Shown here: positions 10,401-18,529 of the stretch, in pieces | Layout of the letters: each line of letters opens with the position of its first letter | Numbering within the stretch: the stretch's first letter is position 1 | Notes under the pieces: model-generated | The model's input: the letters and a program-made list of their open reading frames with translations, nothing else | Database searches by the model: none | What the model was told of the DNA's origin: nothing | Origin: an uncultured bacterium | Lineage (GTDB): Bacteria; Omnitrophota; Gorgyraeia; Zapsychrales; Aceulaceae | DNA: 64,000 bases | Assembly: GCA_937930175.1 (NCBI GenBank) | Contig: CALGLP010000023.1 | Coordinates: 100,872 to 164,871 of the forward strand | Reading direction: 5' to 3' | Made by a program: the position numbers and the translations under genes

Positions 10401-13400
10401 CCCTCGCTGACTCCAAAGCACCCTTTAGCGACGTGAGCGAAGTGATAAAAGCTGCTTTAAAAAACAAGCATGCTCTCATCGTAGAATATCTAGATACGCA
10501 GATTGATTCCAATCAAATTTTAAGGGATGAGAATCATTTTAATATGTTGACCTATGCTGTTTATGAAATAGAGTTATCGCCTAATAAGAAAATGAAATAT
10601 CTCAAAGTATTGTATGACATTGCAATAAACAAAGTTAATGATTTTGAGCGATTTAAGCACATACGTGCGCTTAGTTCCTTAGTCAGATTGATCGAAGAGG
10701 ACATGCCTTTGCTGGAAGCAATAGATGGACCATTCATCGAGAATCTTAAGACTTTATTAGCCTCGAAGACTTATCCTGACTACAAGATGATGCGAAAAAC
10801 CAATGAGGTGAATGTCGCGCTCTACAATCCACTTGACCCTGAATACGTTATATCAAGATTTATAGACGCAGGATACACGAAAAGCACAAAAGATAATTTG
10901 ATTGTATTAACAAAAACGCTAAATGGGAAAAACGTAACAGTTACCCTTGATCCCACTGGAGACGCAGATAATTATCAAGGTCAGATATTCAAGCTTATGC
11001 TTGACCCAAAAATAAATATTATTAGCTACAGCGGTCATGCAGGAATGGGGGCAACTTTGTTGTTTGCTTTATATCAAGCCCCTGATTTAAAAGATAACCT
11101 GCAAGCAGGCTCAAAGATAATCGCACTCTTAGCATGCTACAGTGCACAGAATTATTTGACACAAGTTATGCAAAAATATCAATATTCTCATTTTTTTGGA
11201 ACATTAACGGATTCATATATGCCAGACGATACAGATGCGCTATTAAACTTGCTCGAGGGTTACAGCTTAGAGGAGTCTTGGGAAGAGATCAGTCGGCGCA
11301 TTTCTGAGCAGGAGCAGGAGGCTTATGGGGGAAGAGTAGAGTATATTTCTCCGAATAATGAGGAACTGTTAGATTATTTAGATTTGGATGGGGATGGTTA
11401 CCCTGATGGAAAAAATAGAGCGGAAAATATTTATTTAACGCCGTTGTCTGATATTTTTCTACTTGAACAGGAAAATTTTAATTATGAGCCTGGTGGAAAC
11501 ATAGACGAAGAAAGAATTGTTTCTAATAAAGTAGGAATCGTAACTGAGAGAGTAAAACATTTCTTTAGATACAATGATTTGCTAAAGACTTTTTCTGAAA
11601 GAATAAACCCTGGAACATTTGAGAGGCCACTGCAGGATCAACAAAATGCATTGTTTGTCGAAGAAAACCGAGTTGCCTTTCAAGACCTTTCCTATGATAT
11701 GAACGTTAATCTTGGATATCGAAACAAATCAGAAGCAGTATTGATAATGATGAGCTTGTGGGAAGCAAATAAATATTTCTCAGGGGATGATGTTTTTGAT
11801 CAAGTAAGAGGGCTTCAATTAGTTGCGGAATTTGTAAAATATTTTAATAAAGAGCATTTATTTCCACTTTTTCTGGAGAAATATAAGCTAAAGTATAAGG
11901 GTATTACGTTATCGACACTCATAAAGACACTAGATATTTATAAAACAGAAGATCGCATTGAAGCAATAAAAGAAATATTAAAGATTTTTAATTATAAGGA
12001 AATATTGAGTGAGGATGAGTTGAAAGATAAGTTGAAAAAAGAGGGATTGCTCTCGGGCTCTGCGGCAACAGGCCAGAATCTAACACCTCAAAAAGATCCT
12101 ATTTTTAAAGGTGTGTATAATCCTGAAGCTATCCCTCCGGGGGCAACCATTGAAGGTTATGGACGAAAAGTTAATAATAAAATGATTTATTATCCTTTGG
12201 CCCTGGGACAGGATTGGCTCTCTCCTGTTCTTTCTGCTATGGTGAACAACACGGATCTTTCTGTTGTTTTTAGAAGATCTCCTAAGGAGGGCCTAGCTCT
12301 TAAGGAGGGCAAAAATCCCACGAAAACCGAGGAAGTCTGGATCGTCAAGGCCGTGGCGCCGGGTGAAAAAGGCAAGAAGGCCGTGGCGTCGTCAAGTGCG
12401 AGCGTTAATCAAGGTTCAGCAAGCGTGTCGTCGTCGAATATTGTGTTCTTAAGAAATTTAAAACAATTAGAAGGGCGCACTGTTTCTTTTGACGGCAAAG
12501 AATATGCATTGAATATTGAGATAGAAGGGGAAAGCGTTAGCATGTACCTCTTTGATGATTTTGGAAGAAGAACTTATCATCCTATTGTTCGCTTGGGGAT
12601 AGATTCAAGCCACGTAGATTTGGCCATGATTGATATTTTTGAGTTTTCTTTGGGAAGCGTAGCTTTTTCTCATGACCATCCCCGTTATGGCAACGAAAAA
12701 AAAGCGATGGAAGCGATTGCGCAAGGAAGAATGGAGGAGGGCTTTGAAGATTTAGAACTCGCCAACTTGAAAGAAAAAGATCCGGATGCCTATATAAAAG
12801 AACTTATTAAAAGGCAAAACGCCACATACAATAAGAACGCAATGAATTTATCGGGAAAAGGAGTTGAACAGCAAGTTTTAAAACATATTCAAAGCACTAT
12901 TCCTCAGAATTCTTTCGCAAGCATTCTTGTGCGTTTGCCGGAGTTTCAAGTCTTTGGGATCCAATCGCCTTATGCAATTTTTTATGATGAAAAAAATGAC
13001 TTTTATAAAAAGTTAAAAGAAGATAATATTGGGCATTATTTTATTATTGAATATGAGGAAGACCGACCTAGAGCTGAGCTATTTCTGGAAGAAGGAGATT
13101 CTGTTTTAACATTAAAAGAGCTGGGAGCACTTCTTATTTTTAAAGATCCTTCTTTTTCAAAGAATTTTGCACGTGCTGGTTGGTACTGGGAAAGGGATGG
13201 GGATTTCTTAGAACTCGATGGCTTGGAAGTTATCGAGGAATTAATTAATTATCAAAACGAAGCAAGGGAGCATTATAAGCTTGTCAGCCTGGGGCTTAAA
13301 AAGGATGACCTGCTTGGCTTTACTCGGATAGATGAAAACGGTGATCCTATGATTGAGAATTTTGTTTTTCAGATTATTCTTGGCGGCACGGCCTCAGCCC

Positions 13401-14974
13401 CCGGCATTGCGTCGTTGAATATGGAAGCCGGGATTGACCACGCGACAATAAGAAAACAAGAGAAGAGCTTGGAAGAAAAGGGTAATGTGTTTATCAAATT
13501 CCTCGCTTCAGGCGCGCAGTATGGAGGCTTGCACCCGGAATTGGTTAAAACCGTCTTTTTGTCTTTTAGCACAGAGATCGAGCAAGAGCTTCTTAGGATC
13601 AAGACAAAGTGGTATCCCAATGATCCTCGGGATGTTTGGGCATTGCTGATGGATCCTCGGGCAACGCTTTTCAAAGATGACTTCAGGAAAAGTGAATTTT
13701 TGTATGAGATCCTCAGGGGCCAGTCGTCTAAGATTATCCGATACCCGGATGAATATTTAGCGCTGATCAATAGTGACGAGTTTTTGGGTATGGTTAAAAA
13801 GGCTGTAACCCAACATCAGGAGAGCCAAAAGCCCCAAGAAATTCGCATTGGTTTGGTGGGCGCAGGTTACGGGCAGGAGGCTGTGTTCTTTCCACTTTTG
13901 GTCCAGAACAAGATCCGAGAGATTTGCCGAACCTTGAACGCGCCTGAATCTACGATCCGTTTGAAGGTCAATGTATATTCCAGAAAAAATAAAATTACAG
14001 ACAAACTTAAGAAAAACGAGATTCTTTATCCGAAATCTGAGGTCATAAAAGCATTGAAATCGACGTATTTTCTTGCGGCCAAGAATAAAACCAAACCCCT
14101 GTACTCGGAGGATGAGATTGAAAGTCAGCTTAAAGGATTTTTACAGTCCCTGCCGGATGATCCCGAGGCCTTACAACGGACTGATATGCTTAATGACATC
14201 TTGAGCTTTCACGACGTCGACCTTGTTTTGTTGATCGATGTTCAGGCAAAGTCATTAGAGAAGAACGATATTCTTCTTGTTCATAATGTGTTTCAATATC
14301 TTAGGCCGAAGGACACCCCTGAGGAAACTTGGGAAAATAACGTGCATAAAGCATTTGTGTTCCTTGATTCCATTGCCTCACCAGGCGCTGTTATTTCCGT
14401 TGTTAACCAGGACAATTGGGATTCTGAAGTCTTTAAGGCGTACGAACAACAATATCGATCTGGCTCCGAATATGAACCGATCATGCCGAAATTTACTCAG
14501 AAGATGAAAAATGAATTGTTATTCGAGGGAAGAGAGTCCGCAGAGAAGGCCTTTTTTAGGAAAAAAGGCCTGGCGATGGAAACGGATGGCACCTTAATAG
14601 ATGCGAACAATGAAAGTACTGGAGGAATCGACTTTAACGCCAAAAATATGAACGTGGAAGTAAGAACAGAAGGGATAAAGGATGGTGAAAAGTTTCAAGT
14701 GTCAAGTGTCAAGGAAGGCCAAAACAATCTAACACCTAACACTTTAAACATGACACAATCTGATTCCTCAAATCCTTTCATCCTCAATTCCTCTAGCCCT
14801 ATTTTTTCTGGCAACTTTGAGGGCCTGTTTCCGGTCATCATCAGCATTACGCCTGTGACAAATTTTTATCATCTTTTAGGATTGTCTCAAGAAGAAAATC
14901 CCGAGGCCTTGCCTCAGCCTGTGGCCCAAGGCGAGCGCATCCTAGCCCTCCAACCTGCTGAAGTAAGAACATAG
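7475..14974 (+). CDS. Giant multidomain protein of 2499 aa. It has an N-terminal hydrophobic/signal-like region, a CHAT/caspase-like His-Cys dyad, a DxDxDG Ca-binding loop and a C-terminal CheR-like Rossmann methyltransferase-like region.
   Basis: The ORF is uninterrupted for 7.5 kb. N-terminal hydrophobic stretch: KAIILCLLFSFGLMSIAPQEALSQ. Clan-CD-like dyad: NIISYSGHAGMG ... KIIALLACYSAQN, about 35 aa apart. Ca-binding loop: DYLDLDGDGYPDGKN. CheR-like motifs: IRIGLVGAGYGQEA ... DILLVHNVFQYL ... SPGAVISV. Confidence 0.7.
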   Translation: MQNRVGHMIKSIKTYKNSLLYKAIILCLLFSFGLMSIAPQEALSQTLAPAISNTLIPLSPAFTPTLVRGIRVYPDNPLKFDFIVDSGDSGLQGDELKSESEKLIRYFLASLTLPENDLWVNLSPYEKDRIVPAELGTTEMGIDMLAQDYLLKQITASLTNPDSDLGKEFWQKIYKQSYEKFGTTNVPVDTFNKVWIMPDKAEVYVQEDKAFVVESRLKVMLEQDYLAIQQAHSSSLIADSKTSEPRAKSQELASQIVREVFIPVLEKEVNEGKNFAQLRQIYNSIILSYWYKTNLKNSILNKVYADKRKVKGLEVVNSEKYLVSSQKSNEESLENGEEKHRILDTRYPSQTQNNSSLDTIHSSPDTVQIIYQQYLQTFKKGVCNMMKVEYDPYTKKNIPRKYFAGGVTTGDIEKVYKETGAPTAGSALIRNFKKATLITLISLMLLSDPVQANMAADANKKMIEDIIEMFEESLGPEKAKEIAYDYVNTNPELRDKLLADAIAKALRPPDGTIDLVGMPEDFEDQEIPAPGINLGRFSSLEFDHNSFSQDAPKIERDSLREDAMANGEIVDRQIIMLPDGSKVTIDFLPYYYPPGGRVGSIVDENYIELYLSVFFDDIENISIDMQDPNSFLGSFLNKDLFSSKEGKLAFLKEWIRTVMIYEITNVNRKKDQFEDNKFPDLDKLLDHYRVPYGNRSYQTAEAFEAYLAMLASSRDAKMVMAQLFLSEMQIRTPIHYASKMILREILDTLGYKKFVFAKEKEFSENTEESIEKAYIKGEYFHDYEMLSEFMQLLKDSEIIQAAKDLHRKIFNKEAYNIDDYIFSFIKQYFDEQWPSKDLYPFNNDTINYENLSANEFREILQKAINQFSDGFWTYSPFNEEQKPELFLNIIKKSPVLGLQNFGIAFRSLNSNKTRREFADGLMLIFENNPEIVSTYAVDIVVNNLDFFMDKASGFNNNLKKTPEYEKIPIFISSLRTLADSKAPFSDVSEVIKAALKNKHALIVEYLDTQIDSNQILRDENHFNMLTYAVYEIELSPNKKMKYLKVLYDIAINKVNDFERFKHIRALSSLVRLIEEDMPLLEAIDGPFIENLKTLLASKTYPDYKMMRKTNEVNVALYNPLDPEYVISRFIDAGYTKSTKDNLIVLTKTLNGKNVTVTLDPTGDADNYQGQIFKLMLDPKINIISYSGHAGMGATLLFALYQAPDLKDNLQAGSKIIALLACYSAQNYLTQVMQKYQYSHFFGTLTDSYMPDDTDALLNLLEGYSLEESWEEISRRISEQEQEAYGGRVEYISPNNEELLDYLDLDGDGYPDGKNRAENIYLTPLSDIFLLEQENFNYEPGGNIDEERIVSNKVGIVTERVKHFFRYNDLLKTFSERINPGTFERPLQDQQNALFVEENRVAFQDLSYDMNVNLGYRNKSEAVLIMMSLWEANKYFSGDDVFDQVRGLQLVAEFVKYFNKEHLFPLFLEKYKLKYKGITLSTLIKTLDIYKTEDRIEAIKEILKIFNYKEILSEDELKDKLKKEGLLSGSAATGQNLTPQKDPIFKGVYNPEAIPPGATIEGYGRKVNNKMIYYPLALGQDWLSPVLSAMVNNTDLSVVFRRSPKEGLALKEGKNPTKTEEVWIVKAVAPGEKGKKAVASSSASVNQGSASVSSSNIVFLRNLKQLEGRTVSFDGKEYALNIEIEGESVSMYLFDDFGRRTYHPIVRLGIDSSHVDLAMIDIFEFSLGSVAFSHDHPRYGNEKKAMEAIAQGRMEEGFEDLELANLKEKDPDAYIKELIKRQNATYNKNAMNLSGKGVEQQVLKHIQSTIPQNSFASILVRLPEFQVFGIQSPYAIFYDEKNDFYKKLKEDNIGHYFIIEYEEDRPRAELFLEEGDSVLTLKELGALLIFKDPSFSKNFARAGWYWERDGDFLELDGLEVIEELINYQNEAREHYKLVSLGLKKDDLLGFTRIDENGDPMIENFVFQIILGGTASAPGIASLNMEAGIDHATIRKQEKSLEEKGNVFIKFLASGAQYGGLHPELVKTVFLSFSTEIEQELLRIKTKWYPNDPRDVWALLMDPRATLFKDDFRKSEFLYEILRGQSSKIIRYPDEYLALINSDEFLGMVKKAVTQHQESQKPQEIRIGLVGAGYGQEAVFFPLLVQNKIREICRTLNAPESTIRLKVNVYSRKNKITDKLKKNEILYPKSEVIKALKSTYFLAAKNKTKPLYSEDEIESQLKGFLQSLPDDPEALQRTDMLNDILSFHDVDLVLLIDVQAKSLEKNDILLVHNVFQYLRPKDTPEETWENNVHKAFVFLDSIASPGAVISVVNQDNWDSEVFKAYEQQYRSGSEYEPIMPKFTQKMKNELLFEGRESAEKAFFRKKGLAMETDGTLIDANNESTGGIDFNAKNMNVEVRTEGIKDGEKFQVSSVKEGQNNLTPNTLNMTQSDSSNPFILNSSSPIFSGNFEGLFPVIISITPVTNFYHLLGLSQEENPEALPQPVAQGERILALQPAEVRT

Positions 14975-15078
14975 AATTCTTGTGTGGATGCTTTTGTTAG
15001 GTATTCTTTAGCTTTGTCTTTGTCCGAAATTTCCCTCTTTCTCCTTGTTTCAGATTTTTAATTTTGTTAATCTATAAG

Positions 15079-15104
15079 CAGAGCGTTCTCTAGAGAGGGC
15101 TCTG
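15079..15104. promoter_or_regulatory. A 26-bp near-perfect palindrome (cagagcgTTCTCTAGAGAGggctctg), 43 bp upstream of exeA/gspA. Candidate operator.
   Basis: The inverted repeat is visible directly in the sequence. A perfect internal 10-bp palindrome (tctctagaga) lies at its centre. Confidence 0.3.
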
Positions 15105-15146
15105 CAAAAAATTATATATATAGATATTAATTTAGAAAATATTATC

Positions 15147-15974
15147 ATGAGCTATTATCAAGCACTGCATTGCTATAAAGAACCATTTTCGTTAAGTCCG
15201 GATCCGGATTTTCTTTATTATTCGCAAGAGCATGCCACGGTTTTAAAACGCTTGGAGATCGCGGTGCGCCTCAAGAAGGGATTGAGCATTGTCTTAGGCG
15301 ATGTGGGGGCAGGCAAGACCACGATTTCGCGGGCGTTATTTCAATCCTTTAGCGGGGAGGAAGATAAGTTTATTTTTCATATGATTTTGGATCCAGATTT
15401 TAAGAATGAGTATCAGTTTTTAGCACATTTGACCAAGATGTTTGGGGTGAGCCCTTTTTTTCGCTCATCTATGGATCAGCGTCAAGCCATTGAGCAGTAT
15501 CTTTTTCGCAAGGCTGTGGAAGAAGGCAAGACCGTGGTCTTAGTCATTGATGAAAGTCAAAAGTTGACCCTGCCTTTTATTGAAATTTTGCGAACCCTTC
15601 TTAACTATGAAACCAATGAATATAAGCTTTTGCAACTTGTTCTTTTTGGGCAGATGGAATTGCTGCCGCGGATTAAGGATGTGAAAAATTTTATGGATCG
15701 CGTGGCCTTAAAATATATTATCAATCCTCTGGATGAACAAGAAACCGCGCAGATGATCCGTTTTCGTTTGGCCATGGCTGGTCTCGACGGACACCGTGAA
15801 GTTTTTACCCCTGAAGCGCTTAAGAAAGTCTACGAAGCAACCCAAGGGTATCCACGAAAAATTACGTTGTTGTGCCATAATGCCTTGGAGCGCTTGGTTA
15901 TGGATGGTTGCGAGACTGTAGGCGGGGATATGATCGAGGCCCTGCTCGATGAAGAAAAAAGGTGGCGTGCCTAA
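15147..15974 (+). CDS. gspA: ExeA/GspA-family AAA ATPase (T2SS protein A / MshM-like)
   Basis: Walker A motif (LSIVLGDVGAGKTTI). The ~275-aa size fits the family. The conserved ExeA region (GYPRKITLLCHNALE) is present. The next gene is a small bitopic partner. Confidence 0.7.
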   Translation: MSYYQALHCYKEPFSLSPDPDFLYYSQEHATVLKRLEIAVRLKKGLSIVLGDVGAGKTTISRALFQSFSGEEDKFIFHMILDPDFKNEYQFLAHLTKMFGVSPFFRSSMDQRQAIEQYLFRKAVEEGKTVVLVIDESQKLTLPFIEILRTLLNYETNEYKLLQLVLFGQMELLPRIKDVKNFMDRVALKYIINPLDEQETAQMIRFRLAMAGLDGHREVFTPEALKKVYEATQGYPRKITLLCHNALERLVMDGCETVGGDMIEALLDEEKRWRA

Positions 15975-16546
15975 TGCGAGAGAATCTTCCGGAAGAAAAG
16001 TTGCTTAAGTTGATTCGTACGAAAAAAGGAGAGGAGCAGAATCCTCTTGCGCAGCCGACACCTAAAGCGTCGGAAGGCGTTGATCTTAAATATTTCTTTT
16101 TTTTGGTGAATGGGGTCTTAATCCTTGCGGCGCTTGGATTGTTAGGATTTTTAGCCTATCATCTTTTTTTTGTTGTTGACGAAAAGCCATTGGTTATCCC
16201 TCAGGAGGTAGCGGTGACTCCTCCAGATGAATTGCTTGAACCTCAAGGGATTGTGGTAGAGAAGAAGCCTTTTGAGTTTTATAGTGAGCAATTTGCTAAG
16301 CGTGATTTGTTTACGCGGTCTCTTAAGGAAGTTGCAGCGAGTGCAAGCGTTGACTTGACCAAACGCTACAAGCTTGTGGGGATTGTTTTAGGTGGCGTTC
16401 CGGAGGCGATCATTGAAGATCTGACGGCGAAGACTACAAAGTTTGTTCATGAAGGTGATCGTTTGGATGCCGTGGAAGTCAAAAGCATTAAAGAGGGACG
16501 GATTGTTTTTCTTCAGGAAGGTCTCGAGATTGAGCTCAAGCAATAG
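15974..16546 (+). CDS. Bitopic membrane protein, possible GspB/ExeB-like or GspC-like partner of ExeA
   Basis: One TM segment (FFFLVNGVLILAALGLLGFLAYHLFFVV). Its start overlaps the exeA stop (TAATG). It lies between exeA and the secretin gene. Confidence 0.35.
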   Translation: MRENLPEEKLLKLIRTKKGEEQNPLAQPTPKASEGVDLKYFFFLVNGVLILAALGLLGFLAYHLFFVVDEKPLVIPQEVAVTPPDELLEPQGIVVEKKPFEFYSEQFAKRDLFTRSLKEVAASASVDLTKRYKLVGIVLGGVPEAIIEDLTAKTTKFVHEGDRLDAVEVKSIKEGRIVFLQEGLEIELKQ

Positions 16547-16744
16547 GATATTTGATAAAAATTGGGGATTAAAAGGAATTGTTGCAAAGAGTTTGATATA
16601 ATAATATTAAACTTTTTGTTTTGCTAATGAAATTAGTAGCAGATTCATTTTCTCGCCAAAGACAGCGAGATAAATTTGCCTGTCAATACAATAATGGCGG
16701 GCTCATTGGGACTTCGCTAAAAGACAGCGGAGTAAATTCGCACT

Positions 16745-16781
16745 TTTAAGTTATGTTCACTAGCGTTCCATAACTTAAGTG
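16745..16781. promoter_or_regulatory. 10-bp inverted repeat (ttaagttatg-N13-cataacttaa) just upstream of the secretin RBS and start. Candidate operator or RNA hairpin.
   Basis: The inverted repeat is visible in the sequence. It ends about 15 nt before the RBS (aaaggag) of gspD. Confidence 0.3.
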
Positions 16782-16797
16782 CTCATTTAAAGGAGCT

Positions 16798-18525
16798 ATG
16801 ATGAAGATGAGAAAAAAATTATGGATAAGTTTTTGCGTACTTGGCCTGGTTTTGGGTATGCGGCATGATGTTGCTGCTCAAAAAGCTCCTGGTGTCGTTT
16901 CGCAAACTCCTTTAGAGGTTCAGCAAGCCCTTGATGAAATGGAGCGAAGGGATGCTCTGGTCGTGCCTGTTGCTGGTGATGATTTCCCAAGGGAAAATGC
17001 TTTTATGGACCCTGAAGGCGGCTTTGCGCAGGATGATCCAGTTGTTGCCGCAGGATCTTCAGAGGGTGAAGTTTTAGCGCAAGGTGTTGTGGAGGGGAGG
17101 CCTTCGTTGATTCTTGATGTCCTTGAGCTTAAAGATATGGATATCGGTGATGTTTTGAAACTTATTTCTAAAAAAAGTGGGCTCAACATCATTTCAGGTA
17201 AGAATGTTGTTGGCAAGATAACAATTTATTTGAAGAACGTTGATGTGCGCGATGCCTTGCGGATTATCCTTGAGGCGAATAATCTGGCGTATGTTGAAGA
17301 TAAAGGCATTATCAAGGTTATTCCAGGACAGGAGTTTGAGACTACCTTTGGGTACAAGTTTGGACAAGATCTGACAACCAAGATTATTGAGTTGAAATAC
17401 GCGAAAGTAGAAGATGTGACGGCGGTGCTTAATCAGCTTAAGGGTCAGGCTGGCAAGATATCTTCCGACGGCATATCAAATACGATTATCCTTATCGATC
17501 GCTTAGACAAAGTCCTTTTGATGGAAGATATGATTAAGCGCATGGATATTCCGGTTCTTACCAAGGTGTTTGAGCTTAAATATGCCAAGGCGGAAGACAT
17601 TACAAAGAACGTAGAAACTCTTTTATCAAAGAATGTTGGCAAGATTGAATTTGATAAACGATCGAATAAGCTTTTTATTACGGATACGTTAGACAAGCTT
17701 AAAGAAGTTGCGAAGATGCTTCAGGCCTTTGACCAGCGGCATTCTGAGGTCATGATCGAGGCCAAGATCGTTCAGGTTACATTGAGTGATGACTATAAAC
17801 TGGGTATTGATTGGGAAGCGATTGTGAGTGATTTTCATAATTTAACGCTGGCTAGTCAATTTCCTGTCTTTCAGTCAGTAGTTGCTGGTCAGGTCGTTGA
17901 TGACAACAGTGATCGAGGAAAGCTTAAGATTGGAACACTTGCTGCTGATGATTATGAAGTCTTAATTGAAGCATTGGATGTTGTTGGGAAGACCAATGTC
18001 TTGTCTAACCCGCGTATTACGGTAATCAACAATGAAGAGGCCAAGATCCTTGTTGGATCAAACGAGCCTTATGTGACATCTCAAACTACAACGAGCTCTT
18101 CGGGTCCAGCGACGACAGCTGAAACCATTAATTTTATTGAGGTGGGTGTGAAGCTTTTTGTAACGCCGACGATTCATGGCGATGGCTATATCACAATGAA
18201 GATTAGGCCAGAGGTCAGTTCTGCTGCAAATTTCTTACTCACGAGCACGAATAATAAAATTCCTATTGTAGAAACATCTCAGGCTGAAACAATAGTTATG
18301 GTTAAGGATAATGCTACGGTTGTAATCGGCGGACTCATTAAGGATGAAGAGAACCATACGGTTAATAAAGTTCCTGTGTTGGGGGATGTGCCTTTCTTGG
18401 GTCGTATTTTTCGCAGCGAAACGAGAACCAAAGATAAGACAGAGATCGTGATCTTCTTGACGCCTAAAATTGTGACTGGCGAAAATCCTTCGAAAACAAA
18501 CAATTCGGCAGAAAGTTCAAAATAG
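16798..18525 (+). CDS. gspD: Secretin GspD/PilQ (outer-membrane channel)
   Basis: Signal peptide present. The C-terminal secretin domain motifs are present (NPRITVINNEEAKILVGSNEPY ... VPVLGDVPFLGRIFRSETRTKDKTEIVIFLTPKIV). Confidence 0.85.
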   Translation: MMKMRKKLWISFCVLGLVLGMRHDVAAQKAPGVVSQTPLEVQQALDEMERRDALVVPVAGDDFPRENAFMDPEGGFAQDDPVVAAGSSEGEVLAQGVVEGRPSLILDVLELKDMDIGDVLKLISKKSGLNIISGKNVVGKITIYLKNVDVRDALRIILEANNLAYVEDKGIIKVIPGQEFETTFGYKFGQDLTTKIIELKYAKVEDVTAVLNQLKGQAGKISSDGISNTIILIDRLDKVLLMEDMIKRMDIPVLTKVFELKYAKAEDITKNVETLLSKNVGKIEFDKRSNKLFITDTLDKLKEVAKMLQAFDQRHSEVMIEAKIVQVTLSDDYKLGIDWEAIVSDFHNLTLASQFPVFQSVVAGQVVDDNSDRGKLKIGTLAADDYEVLIEALDVVGKTNVLSNPRITVINNEEAKILVGSNEPYVTSQTTTSSSGPATTAETINFIEVGVKLFVTPTIHGDGYITMKIRPEVSSAANFLLTSTNNKIPIVETSQAETIVMVKDNATVVIGGLIKDEENHTVNKVPVLGDVPFLGRIFRSETRTKDKTEIVIFLTPKIVTGENPSKTNNSAESSK

Positions 18526-18529
18526 CCTC

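Noticed and set aside
8862-10512. Alternative-frame ORFs (8862–9137 +, 9735–10136 +, 10168–10512 -) inside the giant gene
   Set aside because: They are fully embedded in the long continuous ORF. They arise from AT-rich sequence with few stop codons, and they have no RBS or recognisable motifs.
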